The notes below the pieces were generated by a model that saw only the letters and a program-made list of their open reading frames with translations, was not told where the DNA came from and did no database searches. The translations under genes and the position numbers were made by a program. 64,000 nucleotides of DNA, from contig CAYWJX010000003.1 of the NCBI GenBank assembly GCA_964459335.1, positions 44-64,043 on the forward strand, written 5' to 3'. Each line of letters begins with the position of its first letter. Positions within the stretch are counted from its first letter, which is position 1. The DNA comes from an uncultured Candidatus Saccharibacteria bacterium (GTDB taxonomy: Bacteria; Patescibacteriota; Minisyncoccia; Phycocordibacterales; SBAW01). Of the stretch, positions 36,436 through 48,837 are shown one piece after another.

Positions 36436-36864
36436 TCACCGAGGCTTGTCCAGATGGACGAACTTGCCTTCGGGCATGCCCTTGAGCTGCAGCAAGATTG
36501 CCAAGTGCTCGGGCTCGAGCCATCGGCCTTCGTAACTATTGCACAACTCCGCACGTGCAGCCTCTTCAAACCAATGGGCCGCCGGGCAAATTTTATCTTC
36601 CACTGCCGCGTTCTTGCGGCTGTGGAGCTGATCTTTCGGATCGAGTTCCTTCCCCGTCGCGTCGTAGAAGCGAATGACGACGTTGTCGACCTTCGCCTGT
36701 TTAAACGCGACGCAGATGGTCGGTCCGTTATATGGGACCGGTCCGGTCGATGCAGCGTGCTTGTAGGCTTGGCATTTGCTGTCGCAGTCCGCCTCTCCTG
36801 CTTGTGTAGCAGAAGAACTAAAACCGAGAACAAGCAACAATGCGATGAGAAGGTACTTATACAC
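36436..36864 (-). CDS. Secreted hypothetical protein (142 aa)
   Basis: A GTG start preceded by AAGGAG at a 7-nt spacing, signal peptide VYKYLLIALLLVLGFSSSATQA, and 6 Cys residues. Confidence 0.6.
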   Translation of the reverse strand: MYKYLLIALLLVLGFSSSATQAGEADCDSKCQAYKHAASTGPVPYNGPTICVAFKQAKVDNVVIRFYDATGKELDPKDQLHSRKNAAVEDKICPAAHWFEEAARAELCNSYEGRWLEPEHLAILLQLKGMPEGKFVHLDKPR

Positions 36865-36947
36865 TGTGATCTCCTTCTTGAGACAGGTGCATCGCTCTCT
36901 CGTGAGAGCTCGTTTATATATCAGTGTTGATATACAAGCGAACAATA

Positions 36948-36991
36948 ACGAAAAAATTTGTCCCGGCGGAGCGCTTTATGCGCGCTCCGCC
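36948..36991 (-). terminator. Terminator module T2
   Basis: On the minus strand, GGCGGAGCGC-GCATAAA-GCGCTCCGCC is followed by GGGACAAATTTTTTCGTTATT. Confidence 0.7.
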
Positions 36992-37006
36992 GAAACGAGT
37001 CGGTGT

Positions 37007-37309
37007 TCAATCGCACCAGGCGTTGCCGGTGCCCGGGCCGCCCGTGGGCTGTCCCGTTGTAGCGTCGCAACGGAACTGGTTAGGTGTACCCGGCGGATGC
37101 TCGGTAGTGAGGCGTATAGGAGCTTCGGGTCGGCCAACTCGTCGCTGCGTCTGAGGATATCCCTCGATGACCGCTGGAGCCCCGCCAACATATGCCTGCG
37201 GACCGGATTCCACCATTCCCCTATTGGGGAACATTCCAGCGGAACCGCAACCGCCGAGGGCAGAAGCCAAAGCCGCGACCGCCGTAGCCAACAGAATCTT
37301 CTTCAACAT
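37007..37309 (-). CDS. Lipoprotein (100 aa) with a C-terminal C-x(n)-GxNAWC motif
   Basis: Lipobox MLKKILLATAVAALASALGGC. The protein ends ...EHPPGTPNQFRCDATTGQPTGGPGTGNAWCD. Confidence 0.7.
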   Translation of the reverse strand: MLKKILLATAVAALASALGGCGSAGMFPNRGMVESGPQAYVGGAPAVIEGYPQTQRRVGRPEAPIRLTTEHPPGTPNQFRCDATTGQPTGGPGTGNAWCD

Positions 37310-37369
37310 GGCGTGAACCCCTTCTATCCGTGCCCCGAGATTAGGGCTATAAAATGTACTGTCTTTACC

Positions 37370-37397
37370 ATCATAGCACCCTATATAATTTTGTCAA
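37370..37397 (-). promoter_or_regulatory. Promoter candidate for 37007-37309
   Basis: On the minus strand, CTTGACAAAATTATATAGGGTGCTATGAT (TTGACA-16-TATGAT). Confidence 0.5.
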
Positions 37398-37460
37398 GTC
37401 CCCTTCTTTTTCACCTTAATCTAGATGCCAACCTTCTGTTAGATAAGCATTTAGAAAATA

Positions 37461-37504
37461 ACGAAAAAAATTGTCCCGACGGAGCGCTTTGTGTGCGCTC
37501 CGTC
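37461..37504 (-). terminator. Terminator module T3 (homologous to T2)
   Basis: On the minus strand, GACGGAGCGC-ACACAAA-GCGCTCCGTC is followed by GGGACAATTTTTTTCGTTATT. Confidence 0.7.
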
Positions 37505-37518
37505 GAAACGAGTGGGTG

Positions 37519-38445
37519 TTAGCCGCTACACCAGGCGTTGGTGCCTCGCTCATCGAGAGGCTGCGCATCGGGTCCGCTGTAAACACAACGATGAGATTTA
37601 CCTGGGAGAGGATGCTCTATACGGACGTGCTTTGGGGTGCCGGCGCGCCCATTGATTTTAGGCTTTGGCATCACTTCTCCAACTGGAGGTGGTGCCGCGG
37701 CTGCCACAACCGGAGCTGGCGGCGGAGCAACTGCCGCAGGTGGCGCCGGCGGAGGTTGAACCGCCACTGTCGGCGTAGGTGTCGGCGGAGCCGGAGGGTT
37801 CACCTTCGCCGCCGCTTGAGCTGCAGTGAGATCGGCCTGAGCTTTGTCGAGCTCAGACTTCAAAGCTGCAACCTCGCTAGCATCGGCCGGATTGGCCTTA
37901 GCCACAGCAAGCTGTGCCTCTGCCTTGCTTTGCTCTTCCTTTGCCTTTGCCGCTGCGGTTTCAGCCGTCCCCTTGTCCGCCTTGACCTGTTCGAGTTGGG
38001 TTTTGAGGGACATAACCTCACTGTTGGTGGAGGAATTCCACCAACCATCAATTTTGTGGGTAACGTACACACTACCGCCGACAGCAACCAAAAGTATGAC
38101 GGCCACTGCCACACGGCGCGCCCAAAGCCCAATCAAATCGCGACGTGTTTTGGGAGCCGGCGGCGCAACTGGCGCAGCCGGGGCCGAAGCAACAGGCGGA
38201 GGCGTTGCAGTAGCGGGTGCTGCTGCAGGTGCCGGAGCAACAGGCGGCGGAGGCGGTGGTGCAGCAACGGCAGGCGCCGTAGCCGGGACAACCGGAGGAA
38301 TTGTTCCTACCGGGTCGGGCTTTTCCGCAAAAGCCCCGAGTTTCCCCGTACGAAGATTGCACACTCTCCAGGACCCCAAATCATCTAGCGCAACCCATTG
38401 ACCTTTGGGATTACGAAACACGTCTCTCACAGGAGCTTTTGCCAT
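37519..38445 (-). CDS. Single-pass membrane protein with Pro/Ala-rich linkers, an extracellular coiled coil and a C-terminal NAWC motif
   Basis: An N-terminal about 45-aa domain, a PA-rich tract, TM helix VAVAVILLVAVGGSVYV, a coiled coil (KTQLEQVKADKG...), a second P-rich tract, and the ending ...EHPLPGKSHRCVYSGPDAQPLDERGTNAWCSG. Confidence 0.7.
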   Translation of the reverse strand: MAKAPVRDVFRNPKGQWVALDDLGSWRVCNLRTGKLGAFAEKPDPVGTIPPVVPATAPAVAAPPPPPPVAPAPAAAPATATPPPVASAPAAPVAPPAPKTRRDLIGLWARRVAVAVILLVAVGGSVYVTHKIDGWWNSSTNSEVMSLKTQLEQVKADKGTAETAAAKAKEEQSKAEAQLAVAKANPADASEVAALKSELDKAQADLTAAQAAAKVNPPAPPTPTPTVAVQPPPAPPAAVAPPPAPVVAAAAPPPVGEVMPKPKINGRAGTPKHVRIEHPLPGKSHRCVYSGPDAQPLDERGTNAWCSG

Positions 38446-38504
38446 CGCTCATATTCCCTCTGTTGGCGCTTATAAAGTGCATGTGGCGAACTTAGTCCAC
38501 AAAC

Positions 38505-38532
38505 AGGATAGCACCAATTAAAGTTTTGTCAA
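38505..38532 (-). promoter_or_regulatory. Promoter candidate for 37519-38445 (homologous to 37370-37397)
   Basis: On the minus strand, CTTGACAAAACTTTAATTGGTGCTATCCT (TTGACA-16-TATCCT). Confidence 0.45.
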
Positions 38533-38548
38533 GGCTTCGGAAACTATG

Positions 38549-39211
38549 CTATTGAGATAAAGCATAGGCGCCCACAAAGCTTGCGGTGACTATAAAACGA
38601 TTGCTCTTTGCGGCAAAGGAGTCGCAGGTAACCAGCGTGAGGTATTTGGCATCGCTCGGGAGCGGGATTTGATTGTCGCTTGAGTCGGTAGAGTCGGCCA
38701 CGCGCACGCCGGTCACGCTATAGCGATACTCGGTGGTAGCCGAGTAGACGCTCACGATCTCCCCTGTTTTTAAATCTTGGATGCCGTCGAAGGTTTTGTA
38801 ATATTGATGTATCACCACCGGCAAATAAGACGAGTGACCAAAGATAAGCACCGTGCCGTTGATGCCGAGTGGCGCCGAAGTTGGATAATGCACCGCGCCC
38901 TGCGTGAGCGCTTGGTCGAGGTCATCAACATTGGTGGAACTTGGATTGACTACATTTACATCAAGCCCGATATCTTTGGCAACTAACCTCACTGCATTCT
39001 CCGGCATGGCGGTGGTGGCCGCTGTTCCGCTGCTTACGGGCACGGCGTTGACGTCGCTCACAACAGGATTAGGCGTGTCGCCCACCGCGGATAGAAACGC
39101 AACGGAGAGAAAAAAGAACGCCAAAAATGCAACCGCGAAACTAATTGGATGCTCGGCTATTTCGGGTATCACGCCCCGATTTTTTTTAGTGTGCGGATGA
39201 TTTGCCGACAT
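38549..39211 (-). CDS. Sortase-family transpeptidase, membrane-anchored
   Basis: An N-terminal TM helix, His motif VLIFGHSSY, catalytic Cys motif LTLVTCD (TLxTC), and a downstream conserved Arg (NRFIVTA). Confidence 0.8.
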   Translation of the reverse strand: MSANHPHTKKNRGVIPEIAEHPISFAVAFLAFFFLSVAFLSAVGDTPNPVVSDVNAVPVSSGTAATTAMPENAVRLVAKDIGLDVNVVNPSSTNVDDLDQALTQGAVHYPTSAPLGINGTVLIFGHSSYLPVVIHQYYKTFDGIQDLKTGEIVSVYSATTEYRYSVTGVRVADSTDSSDNQIPLPSDAKYLTLVTCDSFAAKSNRFIVTASFVGAYALSQ

Positions 39212-39282
39212 ATACGATACTAGTATAGTGCATCATTTTGGCGCGCTTGACAAGTATACACTGTCTGTGGTACCTTCGTGCC

Positions 39283-42602
<3,320 letters not shown>

Positions 42603-42654
42603 TCAAGGTGACAAAATAGCTTGCTAAATATGGCCATAATGGTATGGTATCGGT

Positions 42655-43788
42655 ATGGAATATGTTGTCTCGACTGATGAGGAAAAGAAGATACGGGAGC
42701 GCCTCGAAAAAAGGGAGGACACCGACGCTTTGCGCATGAATCGCAATCTGAAGCTCCCCGATTTATCACGCACACCGAGACATCCCCTTCAGGAGCTGGT
42801 AGAGCGCGCACGCGCAACCTCCGCGCTTAAAAACTTGGACAATATTATTATCCCCGAGATAGTGCCTGCGGACCTGGCATTTGACCTCTTTGATTTTGCG
42901 CCCGACCACCCGGCACGCAGCCAGTCGGATACCTACTGGACCGATGAAAAAAATATTTTGCGCCCTCATGACACGGTCATGTGGTACTACTATCTTCATC
43001 TCCCCGAGGTTCGAGAGCGCATCGCGCGCCATGAGCCGGTTGGGTGCGTCTGTTACGGCAAAGTATACCGGAAAGACGAGATAGACAGCCGCCATATGAA
43101 CGTCTTTCATCAGTTTGGCGGCTGGTATCTGCAACCCGACAGCATGGGTGTTATGCCGCTCGATGAGCTCAAAAAAGTATTGTCGGAAGTCGTTGAGGGA
43201 CTTTTTGGCAAAGCAACAGAATATCGTTTTTTGGATGACACCTTCCCGTATACCGACCCGAGCTTGCAAGTAGAGGTCAAGGTGGGCGATCGTTGGATAG
43301 AGATTTTGGGCGGCGGCATGCCTAAAAAAACCGTGTTAAAAAACATGGGAGTCACCGGATACAACGGGTGGGCATTCGGCTTCGGGCTGGAGCGTCTCGC
43401 GATTATTAGTATGCAACTGCCGGATATCCGGCTCTTGTGGTCGCAAGACCCGCGCGTCATATCGCAACTCAAGTTGGATAAAAAATTTAAAGAAGTCAGC
43501 AAATACCCCGCCGTTGTACGGGACATATCGTTTATCGTTAAAAGTGATTTTAGCCCCAACAATTATTTTGACCTTATCCGCGAAACCGTCGGCGAGGATT
43601 TAGTAGAGGAGGTAAAACTGTTGGACACGTACGCCAATCCAAAAAAATTTGGCGAGGGTAATGTAAGCTACACCTACCGCATCTTATACCGCTCGCTTGA
43701 AAAGACACTTACCAACAACGAGGTTGATATCCTGCATAAAAAGCTTGAGGAAGCAACCGTGGCACAATATGGTGCGCAGGTGCGATAA
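42655..43788 (+). CDS. pheS: Phenylalanyl-tRNA synthetase alpha subunit
   Basis: Motifs HPLQELVERA, FDFAPDHPARSQSDTYW, YRKDEIDSRHMNVFHQ and GFGLERLAII. Confidence 0.9.
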   Translation: MEYVVSTDEEKKIRERLEKREDTDALRMNRNLKLPDLSRTPRHPLQELVERARATSALKNLDNIIIPEIVPADLAFDLFDFAPDHPARSQSDTYWTDEKNILRPHDTVMWYYYLHLPEVRERIARHEPVGCVCYGKVYRKDEIDSRHMNVFHQFGGWYLQPDSMGVMPLDELKKVLSEVVEGLFGKATEYRFLDDTFPYTDPSLQVEVKVGDRWIEILGGGMPKKTVLKNMGVTGYNGWAFGFGLERLAIISMQLPDIRLLWSQDPRVISQLKLDKKFKEVSKYPAVVRDISFIVKSDFSPNNYFDLIRETVGEDLVEEVKLLDTYANPKKFGEGNVSYTYRILYRSLEKTLTNNEVDILHKKLEEATVAQYGAQVR

Positions 43789-43815
43789 AAAGGCAAAAAT
43801 GGTATAGTATAGCTT

Positions 43816-45048
43816 ATGGATTTCGGGGCGCTCGGTGTTTACATATGCCTCTTTATAGCACTCTACTTTGAGGTCTTTTTGCTCATCTCGTATCTCGAAA
43901 AAAAACCCTCCGAAAAAACCGACGACCTGCCAAACTACTACCCCACGGCATCGATACTCGTGCCCTGTTTTAATGAAGAAAAAACGCTGGAGCATACGGT
44001 ACGCTCGCTTTTGGAGCTCCATTATCCTAAAGAGAAACTAGACATTTTTATCATCGACGACGGCTCCAAAGACGGCACCCGCGCTATAGGCGAACGGCTT
44101 GCTGAGGAACACCGTCAGGTGCGCTTTTTGCATAAAGAAAACGGCGGCAAATACACCGCTATGAACTTTGGCATCGAACGAACAGGGGCCGAGCTTATCG
44201 GCTGCCTAGACGCCGATTCGTTTGTCGCGCCCGACGCCATGCTCGAGGTGGTAAAGCGGTTTGAAGCCGACCCGGCTACCATGGCAATTACTCCCGCCAT
44301 GAAGGTGTACCACCCGCGCAAGGTGCTTGAGCTGATGCAGGCGGTTGAGTATACCTTTGGTATTTTTTATAAAAAAATGTTTGACAACCTGGCGGCGCTC
44401 AACGTGTTGCCAGGGCCGTTTTCTATCTACAAGCGCGAGGTGTTTGAGACTATCGGTCCCTTTAAACACGCACACAACACCGAGGACATGGAGATTGCGT
44501 TTCGGATGCACGCACATGGACTCAAGATTGCCAATGCACACAACGCGTTTGTCTACACGACGGTGCCAAAAACACCGTGGGCACTTATCAAACAGCGCAC
44601 GCGGTGGTCGCAGGGATTTTTGCAAAACTCGCAGGACTACTCGTACATGTACTTTAATCGGCGCTTTGGCAACTTTGGCATGCTTGTTCTTCCCTTCGCG
44701 CTGTTGGCGTTTTTAGGCGGTATATACACCGCTCTTTATACGCTATATCGCACCGGAGTATATGCATGGAACAAGATATCTGAAATATCCGCAACACACA
44801 TACCGCCGCATATACCGACCGAGCACTTGAGCTGGTTTTATATCAATACCAACATGATGCTCTTTGTTATCATTGCCGTGTTGTGCGGCACTGCCACGGC
44901 TATTATCCTCGGCCAACGCATTGCCAAAACCAACCTAGGAGTAAAGGCATTGATAGCCTACTTTGCATTGTTTGGGTTTATCGCTCCGTTGTGGCTCATG
45001 CGCGCCGCATGGGGCACCGTCCGCGCGAGGGAGAGTAAGTGGCGCTAA
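43816..45048 (+). CDS. Family 2 glycosyltransferase, integral membrane (processive synthase-like)
   Basis: Motifs ILVPCFNEE, IIDDGSKDGT, LDADS and QRTRWSQG (QxxRW), flanked by TM helices. Confidence 0.85.
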   Translation: MDFGALGVYICLFIALYFEVFLLISYLEKKPSEKTDDLPNYYPTASILVPCFNEEKTLEHTVRSLLELHYPKEKLDIFIIDDGSKDGTRAIGERLAEEHRQVRFLHKENGGKYTAMNFGIERTGAELIGCLDADSFVAPDAMLEVVKRFEADPATMAITPAMKVYHPRKVLELMQAVEYTFGIFYKKMFDNLAALNVLPGPFSIYKREVFETIGPFKHAHNTEDMEIAFRMHAHGLKIANAHNAFVYTTVPKTPWALIKQRTRWSQGFLQNSQDYSYMYFNRRFGNFGMLVLPFALLAFLGGIYTALYTLYRTGVYAWNKISEISATHIPPHIPTEHLSWFYINTNMMLFVIIAVLCGTATAIILGQRIAKTNLGVKALIAYFALFGFIAPLWLMRAAWGTVRARESKWR

Positions 45049-45063
45049 CCTCTTTATAATGAT

Positions 45064-45744
45064 ATGAAATGGCAACGATACTTTTTGGCGTTTGGCATTA
45101 CGGCAGCTATTTTTACCACGGCGTTTTATATTGCGTCTAAGATCGACAGTGAGCGCATTGCAAACATCCGCGCTACCGAAGACTCAATATCGATAGACAT
45201 ACTCTCGAGCGAAACGCAGTTTGAGCTCTTAGGCAATCTTGATTGCAACACTATTGCACAAAATCCGGTGCTCTCCGACCAACTCAACTCGCTTGCAAGC
45301 CAGCTCTCGGTCGCCGAGAGCAATTTAGGCGACAGCAACGGGGAGGTAATACAGCTTAAAGAGCAATACTCACTTTTGGAAATCAAGGATTATATTTTGT
45401 TACAAAACATCGCCGAAAAATGCCACGTAAAACCGGTGTATGTGCTGTATTTTTACACCAACAACGGCACGTGCACCAACTGCTCAAATGTGGGCGACGT
45501 GCTTACCTATCTGCGCGGCGAGTATCCGGGGCTGCGTGTGTACTCGTTTGATTACGACCTCGACCTCTCGGCTTTAAAAACACTTATATCGCTCCACAAT
45601 ATACAAGACACACTACCTGCGGTCATTGTTAATAATCGAGTCCCCGTGTACGGCCCGCAAACCCTGCAAAGCATGCAAGCACTCATCCCCGAGCTCTCCA
45701 CGCTCTCAACCTCTACCTCTGCAACCTCCACGAGCGGATATTAA
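45064..45744 (+). CDS. Membrane-anchored thioredoxin-like protein (CxxC), hypothetical
   Basis: An N-terminal TM helix, then VLYFYTNNGTCTNCSNVGDVL and later TLPAVIVNN (a cis-Pro-like motif). Confidence 0.5.
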   Translation: MKWQRYFLAFGITAAIFTTAFYIASKIDSERIANIRATEDSISIDILSSETQFELLGNLDCNTIAQNPVLSDQLNSLASQLSVAESNLGDSNGEVIQLKEQYSLLEIKDYILLQNIAEKCHVKPVYVLYFYTNNGTCTNCSNVGDVLTYLRGEYPGLRVYSFDYDLDLSALKTLISLHNIQDTLPAVIVNNRVPVYGPQTLQSMQALIPELSTLSTSTSATSTSGY

Positions 45745-45831
45745 ATAAATTTAAATGCAAAAACGCCGTCTTACTTAATTGTCGGCGGCTCAAGTAAAAA
45801 AGGCCCAGCTTTGCTGAGGCCTTTTATCTTG

Positions 45832-45904
45832 AGCCGCCTCCCAGACTCGGACTGGGGACCTTCTCTTTACAAAAGAGTTGCTCTACCAACTGAGCTAAGG
45901 CGGC
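45832..45904 (-). tRNA. tRNA-Thr (anticodon UGU)
   Basis: The minus strand folds as a cloverleaf: GCCGCCT-TA-GCTC-AGTTGGTA-GAGC-A-ACTCT-TTTGTAA-AGAGA-AGGTC-CCCAG-TCCGAGT-CTGGG-AGGCGGC-T. The T-loop reads TCCGAGT (C at position 55). CCA is not encoded. Confidence 0.85.
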
Positions 45905-45908
45905 AAAA

Positions 45909-46319
45909 TTATTCTTCGATTGTGGGCTGCTTTTTTACGCGGCGCGAGAGCTTGCGCTTATGCTCGGCCACCTCGCGGAGAAACGCCGACGCCTCGCCGG
46001 AAGCGCGTGGCGCGTCTGTTTTTTCGCGCACCGAGCGCAATACTTTTTCCAGCGTGTGCTCTACCCACAATAAGCTCCGTGCTAAGCCACGCTGGAGCGC
46101 AGCTTTGCACCAGAGCATGATGCGGCGGCTATACACGCGCACAAGTGCGGGCAAAACTTTTTCAATCCACCAAAGCGTCTGCCTAAAAAAGTTGCCGACA
46201 GCCGGGCGGCCGCGCGCAAAGATGATCGTGCCGCTTGAGAGTTCGTAGCGTTTAAAAGCCAAAAGGAACAGCATTCCCGCAAGGGACAGAGCCAGCGTAA
46301 TCGTAAAGAAAAGCCCCAT
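45909..46319 (-). CDS. Hypothetical membrane protein (136 aa)
   Basis: An N-terminal TM helix LFFTITLALSLAGMLFLLAF and a basic C-terminus. It lies downstream of tsf on the same strand. Confidence 0.5.
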   Translation of the reverse strand: MGLFFTITLALSLAGMLFLLAFKRYELSSGTIIFARGRPAVGNFFRQTLWWIEKVLPALVRVYSRRIMLWCKAALQRGLARSLLWVEHTLEKVLRSVREKTDAPRASGEASAFLREVAEHKRKLSRRVKKQPTIEE

Positions 46320-46338
46320 GTGCCCTATTGTACTCTAC

Positions 46339-46794
46339 TTACTTGACCGAGAAAACCTCGATCTTTGCAAGCTCAATGCGCTCGCCAAACTTTTGTGTTG
46401 CGGCCTGGATGAGTTGCTCAATAGTACGGTCGGCGTCTTTGATAAACGGCTGCGTAAGTACGGCCTCAACACTCTCGGGGCGCATGGCGCTGGCATGCAT
46501 CGCAATGTCGTGTGCAAGCGCGACAAACTCCTCGTTTTTAGAGACAAAGTCGGTCTCGCACAAAAGGAGCGCCAAACTGCCTACCTGCGCGGTGTTGTGC
46601 ACATACGCGGCAACGGTGCCGGCACCAAGGTCGCGGTCCTGTTTTTTTGCCGCGATGACAACACTGCGTGCTCCCAACACCGCGAGCGCTTTTTGCATGT
46701 CGCCTCCGGCCTCTACGAGCGCCTTTTTGCACTCCATAACAGAGACACCTGTTTTGTCGCGAAGCTCCTTAACTGCACCTGCAGAAATGTCCAT
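46339..46794 (-). CDS. tsf: Elongation factor Ts (short form)
   Basis: The N-terminal UBA-like VKELRDKTGVSVMECKKALVEAGGDMQKA, and LLCETDFVSKNEEF. Confidence 0.88.
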   Translation of the reverse strand: MDISAGAVKELRDKTGVSVMECKKALVEAGGDMQKALAVLGARSVVIAAKKQDRDLGAGTVAAYVHNTAQVGSLALLLCETDFVSKNEEFVALAHDIAMHASAMRPESVEAVLTQPFIKDADRTIEQLIQAATQKFGERIELAKIEVFSVK

Positions 46795-46798
46795 ATAA

Positions 46799-47506
46799 TT
46801 ATTCTACTACCTCGGGCTTCTCCGCGCCAAGATTGTCGGCATATGTTTTAGAAACTTCGTCGAGTACATAGGTAATAACCTGAAGCGAAGCGTCGTTGCC
46901 CGGTATTGGGTACGCGATGTGAGCCCCGTTGCAGTCGGAGTTAAGGAGCGCAATAACGGGGATTTTCAGCTGTGTTGCCTCGGCAACCGCGGCTGCCTCT
47001 TGCTTGGGGTCGACGATAAAGAGCGCATCGGGGACGCGAGACATACCGCGCAAGCCGCCAAACATAGCGTCGAGGTCAACGGCCTCCCTGTCCATAAGCA
47101 AGCGCTCGCGCTTGGTGTACTTTGCAATCTCGCCGCTCTCGCGCATGTCGGTAATCTCAACGAGGCGCGCGAGGCGCTTTTTTATTTCTTGAAAGTTGGT
47201 GAGCGAGCCGCCTATCCAGCGACCGGCCACATACGGCTGATTGATGCGCTCGGCGGCGCGTTTGAGCGGCACGCGGGCCTCAGCTTTGCTCCCGATAAAG
47301 AGCAACACCTTGCGCTCGCTTGCGAGTTTTTTAACAAAATCGAGCGCGTTCTCTAGGTTCTCGGCTGTCTTTTCCAAATCAAAAATTTCACTGCCGCCCT
47401 TGCTGCCAAAGATAAAACGCGCGGCAAAAGGATGGCGGCGCGAAGGCGCATAGCCAAAATGCGCTCCGATCGAAAAAAGTTTGTCTATAGTTGCTTGTTT
47501 ATCCAT
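46799..47506 (-). CDS. rpsB: 30S ribosomal protein S2
   Basis: Motifs LFSIGAHFGYAPSRRHP, LFIGSKAEA and IPVIALLNSDCN, plus the rpsB-tsf order. Confidence 0.92.
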   Translation of the reverse strand: MDKQATIDKLFSIGAHFGYAPSRRHPFAARFIFGSKGGSEIFDLEKTAENLENALDFVKKLASERKVLLFIGSKAEARVPLKRAAERINQPYVAGRWIGGSLTNFQEIKKRLARLVEITDMRESGEIAKYTKRERLLMDREAVDLDAMFGGLRGMSRVPDALFIVDPKQEAAAVAEATQLKIPVIALLNSDCNGAHIAYPIPGNDASLQVITYVLDEVSKTYADNLGAEKPEVVE

Positions 47507-47563
47507 AATGCCTAAAGAAAAAGGCCCTTGCGGGACAGGTAGAATGTACCATGACCGAAAAGC

Positions 47564-48544
47564 TTATGCAACGTCCTCAGCATCAGGCTCCCCACCCCCG
47601 TTGGCGGCCGCCAGAGCTTCAAGTATCGACCCAATACCACCTGCCAAAATCTTGGGTAAATTAGACCAGCTCTCCTTGAGGCGGTGATCGGTGACCCTGT
47701 CTTGCGGCACATTGTAGGTGCGGATTTTTTCGGACCTATCGCCGGTACCGATTTGGCTTTTGCGGTCGCTCGAGAGCTTGGCGCGTTCCTCCTCTTCCTG
47801 CAATTGCTCGAGCTTGGCTTGGAGCACGGCCATGGCCTTTTCGCGGTTGCCGAGCTGGTTGCGCTCGCTCTGCGAGCGCGCCTCGATGCCGGTGGGTTTA
47901 TGCACAATGCGTACGGCGGTCTCAACCTTGTTGACATTTTGCCCGCCCGCGCCGCCGGCGCGGCTAAACTCCATCTCGATATCGGCGGGGTTTATCTCGA
48001 CTTTGTGTTTTTTGCGGATTGGCAAAATCGCCACTGATGCGGTGGATGTGTGGATGCGACCCTGCTTTTCGGTCGCGGGGATGCGCTGGATGCGATGCAC
48101 GCCGGTTTCAAAGCGGAGCTTTTCGTACGAGCCAAGCCCATGTATCTCAAACACCGCGTCTTTGTAGCCGCCCAAGTCGGTCTTGGCCTCGGAGAGAATC
48201 TTAACACCCCAGCCTTGTGTCTCGGCATAAGCACGATACATGGCGGCGAGCTCCTCGGCAAAAAGCGCGGCCTCCTCGCCGCCAACGCCGGCGCGTATCT
48301 CAAGTATCATCTCGTTGGGCAAAGCCTCTTCTTTTTCTTCAACCGTGGTGATGCGCTCCATCTCGGCAAGCACCGCCGCTTTTTGCTCGGCTATCCTTTG
48401 CAAATCATCTTTGGCTAAGTCGCCAAGCTCGCCCGAAAGTTCTTTGACCTCGGCCTCTTCCTCGAGTAAACGCTGAAACTCCGCATAAAAATATGCGGTC
48501 TTTGGATTGTCTTTAAAGCGGGAAAGGTCCCCTTCTTCTGTCAT
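47564..48544 (-). CDS. prfA: Peptide chain release factor 1
   Basis: The GGQ motif [18 protein letters not shown] and the RF1-type PAT tripeptide in [16 protein letters not shown]. Confidence 0.9.
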   Translation of the reverse strand: MTEEGDLSRFKDNPKTAYFYAEFQRLLEEEAEVKELSGELGDLAKDDLQRIAEQKAAVLAEMERITTVEEKEEALPNEMILEIRAGVGGEEAALFAEELAAMYRAYAETQGWGVKILSEAKTDLGGYKDAVFEIHGLGSYEKLRFETGVHRIQRIPATEKQGRIHTSTASVAILPIRKKHKVEINPADIEMEFSRAGGAGGQNVNKVETAVRIVHKPTGIEARSQSERNQLGNREKAMAVLQAKLEQLQEEEERAKLSSDRKSQIGTGDRSEKIRTYNVPQDRVTDHRLKESWSNLPKILAGGIGSILEALAAANGGGEPDAEDVA

Positions 48545-48787
48545 CTATTTAGCGGCTTTGACAGCACGCTTGTCCTTCAAAGCCTTGGCGACGGAGGAGC
48601 GGTTTTTGAACTTCTCTACGCGACCGGCGGCGTCGAGGATCTTTTCGTTTCCGGTGTAGAAAGGATGGCAGGCAGAGCAAATTTCGACCTCAAGTTTTTC
48701 TTGAGTTGAGCCAACGCTAAAGGTGCGGCCGCAGGCGCAAACTACCGTGGCTGTGGGGAAATATGCCGGATGCGTCTCTGTTTTCAT
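48545..48787 (-). CDS. rpmE: 50S ribosomal protein L31
   Basis: MKTETHPAY...CACG...[10 protein letters not shown]. Confidence 0.9.
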   Translation of the reverse strand: MKTETHPAYFPTATVVCACGRTFSVGSTQEKLEVEICSACHPFYTGNEKILDAAGRVEKFKNRSSVAKALKDKRAVKAAK

Positions 48788-48837
48788 GCAAGGACTATAC
48801 CATTCCTAAGCTCCCCCTGCAACCCGCCGTAGCAGTT

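Noticed and set aside
36369-36945. Overlapping ORFs 36369-36833 (minus), 36394-36930 (plus) and the extended 36436-36945 form
   Set aside because: The GTG start at 36864, with an AAGGAG SD and an immediate signal peptide, gives the most coherent gene. The others are out of frame or antisense and lack signals.
37471-38388. 305-aa plus-strand Arg/Cys/Ser-rich ORF (and 37844-38401)
   Set aside because: It is the mirror image of the Pro/Ala-rich minus-strand gene. Promoter, SD, TM helix, coiled coil and terminator all support the minus-strand reading.
45811-46248. 145-aa plus-strand ORF
   Set aside because: It overlaps the tRNA-Thr gene and runs antisense to the 136-aa membrane protein gene. 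It has a TTG start and no motifs.
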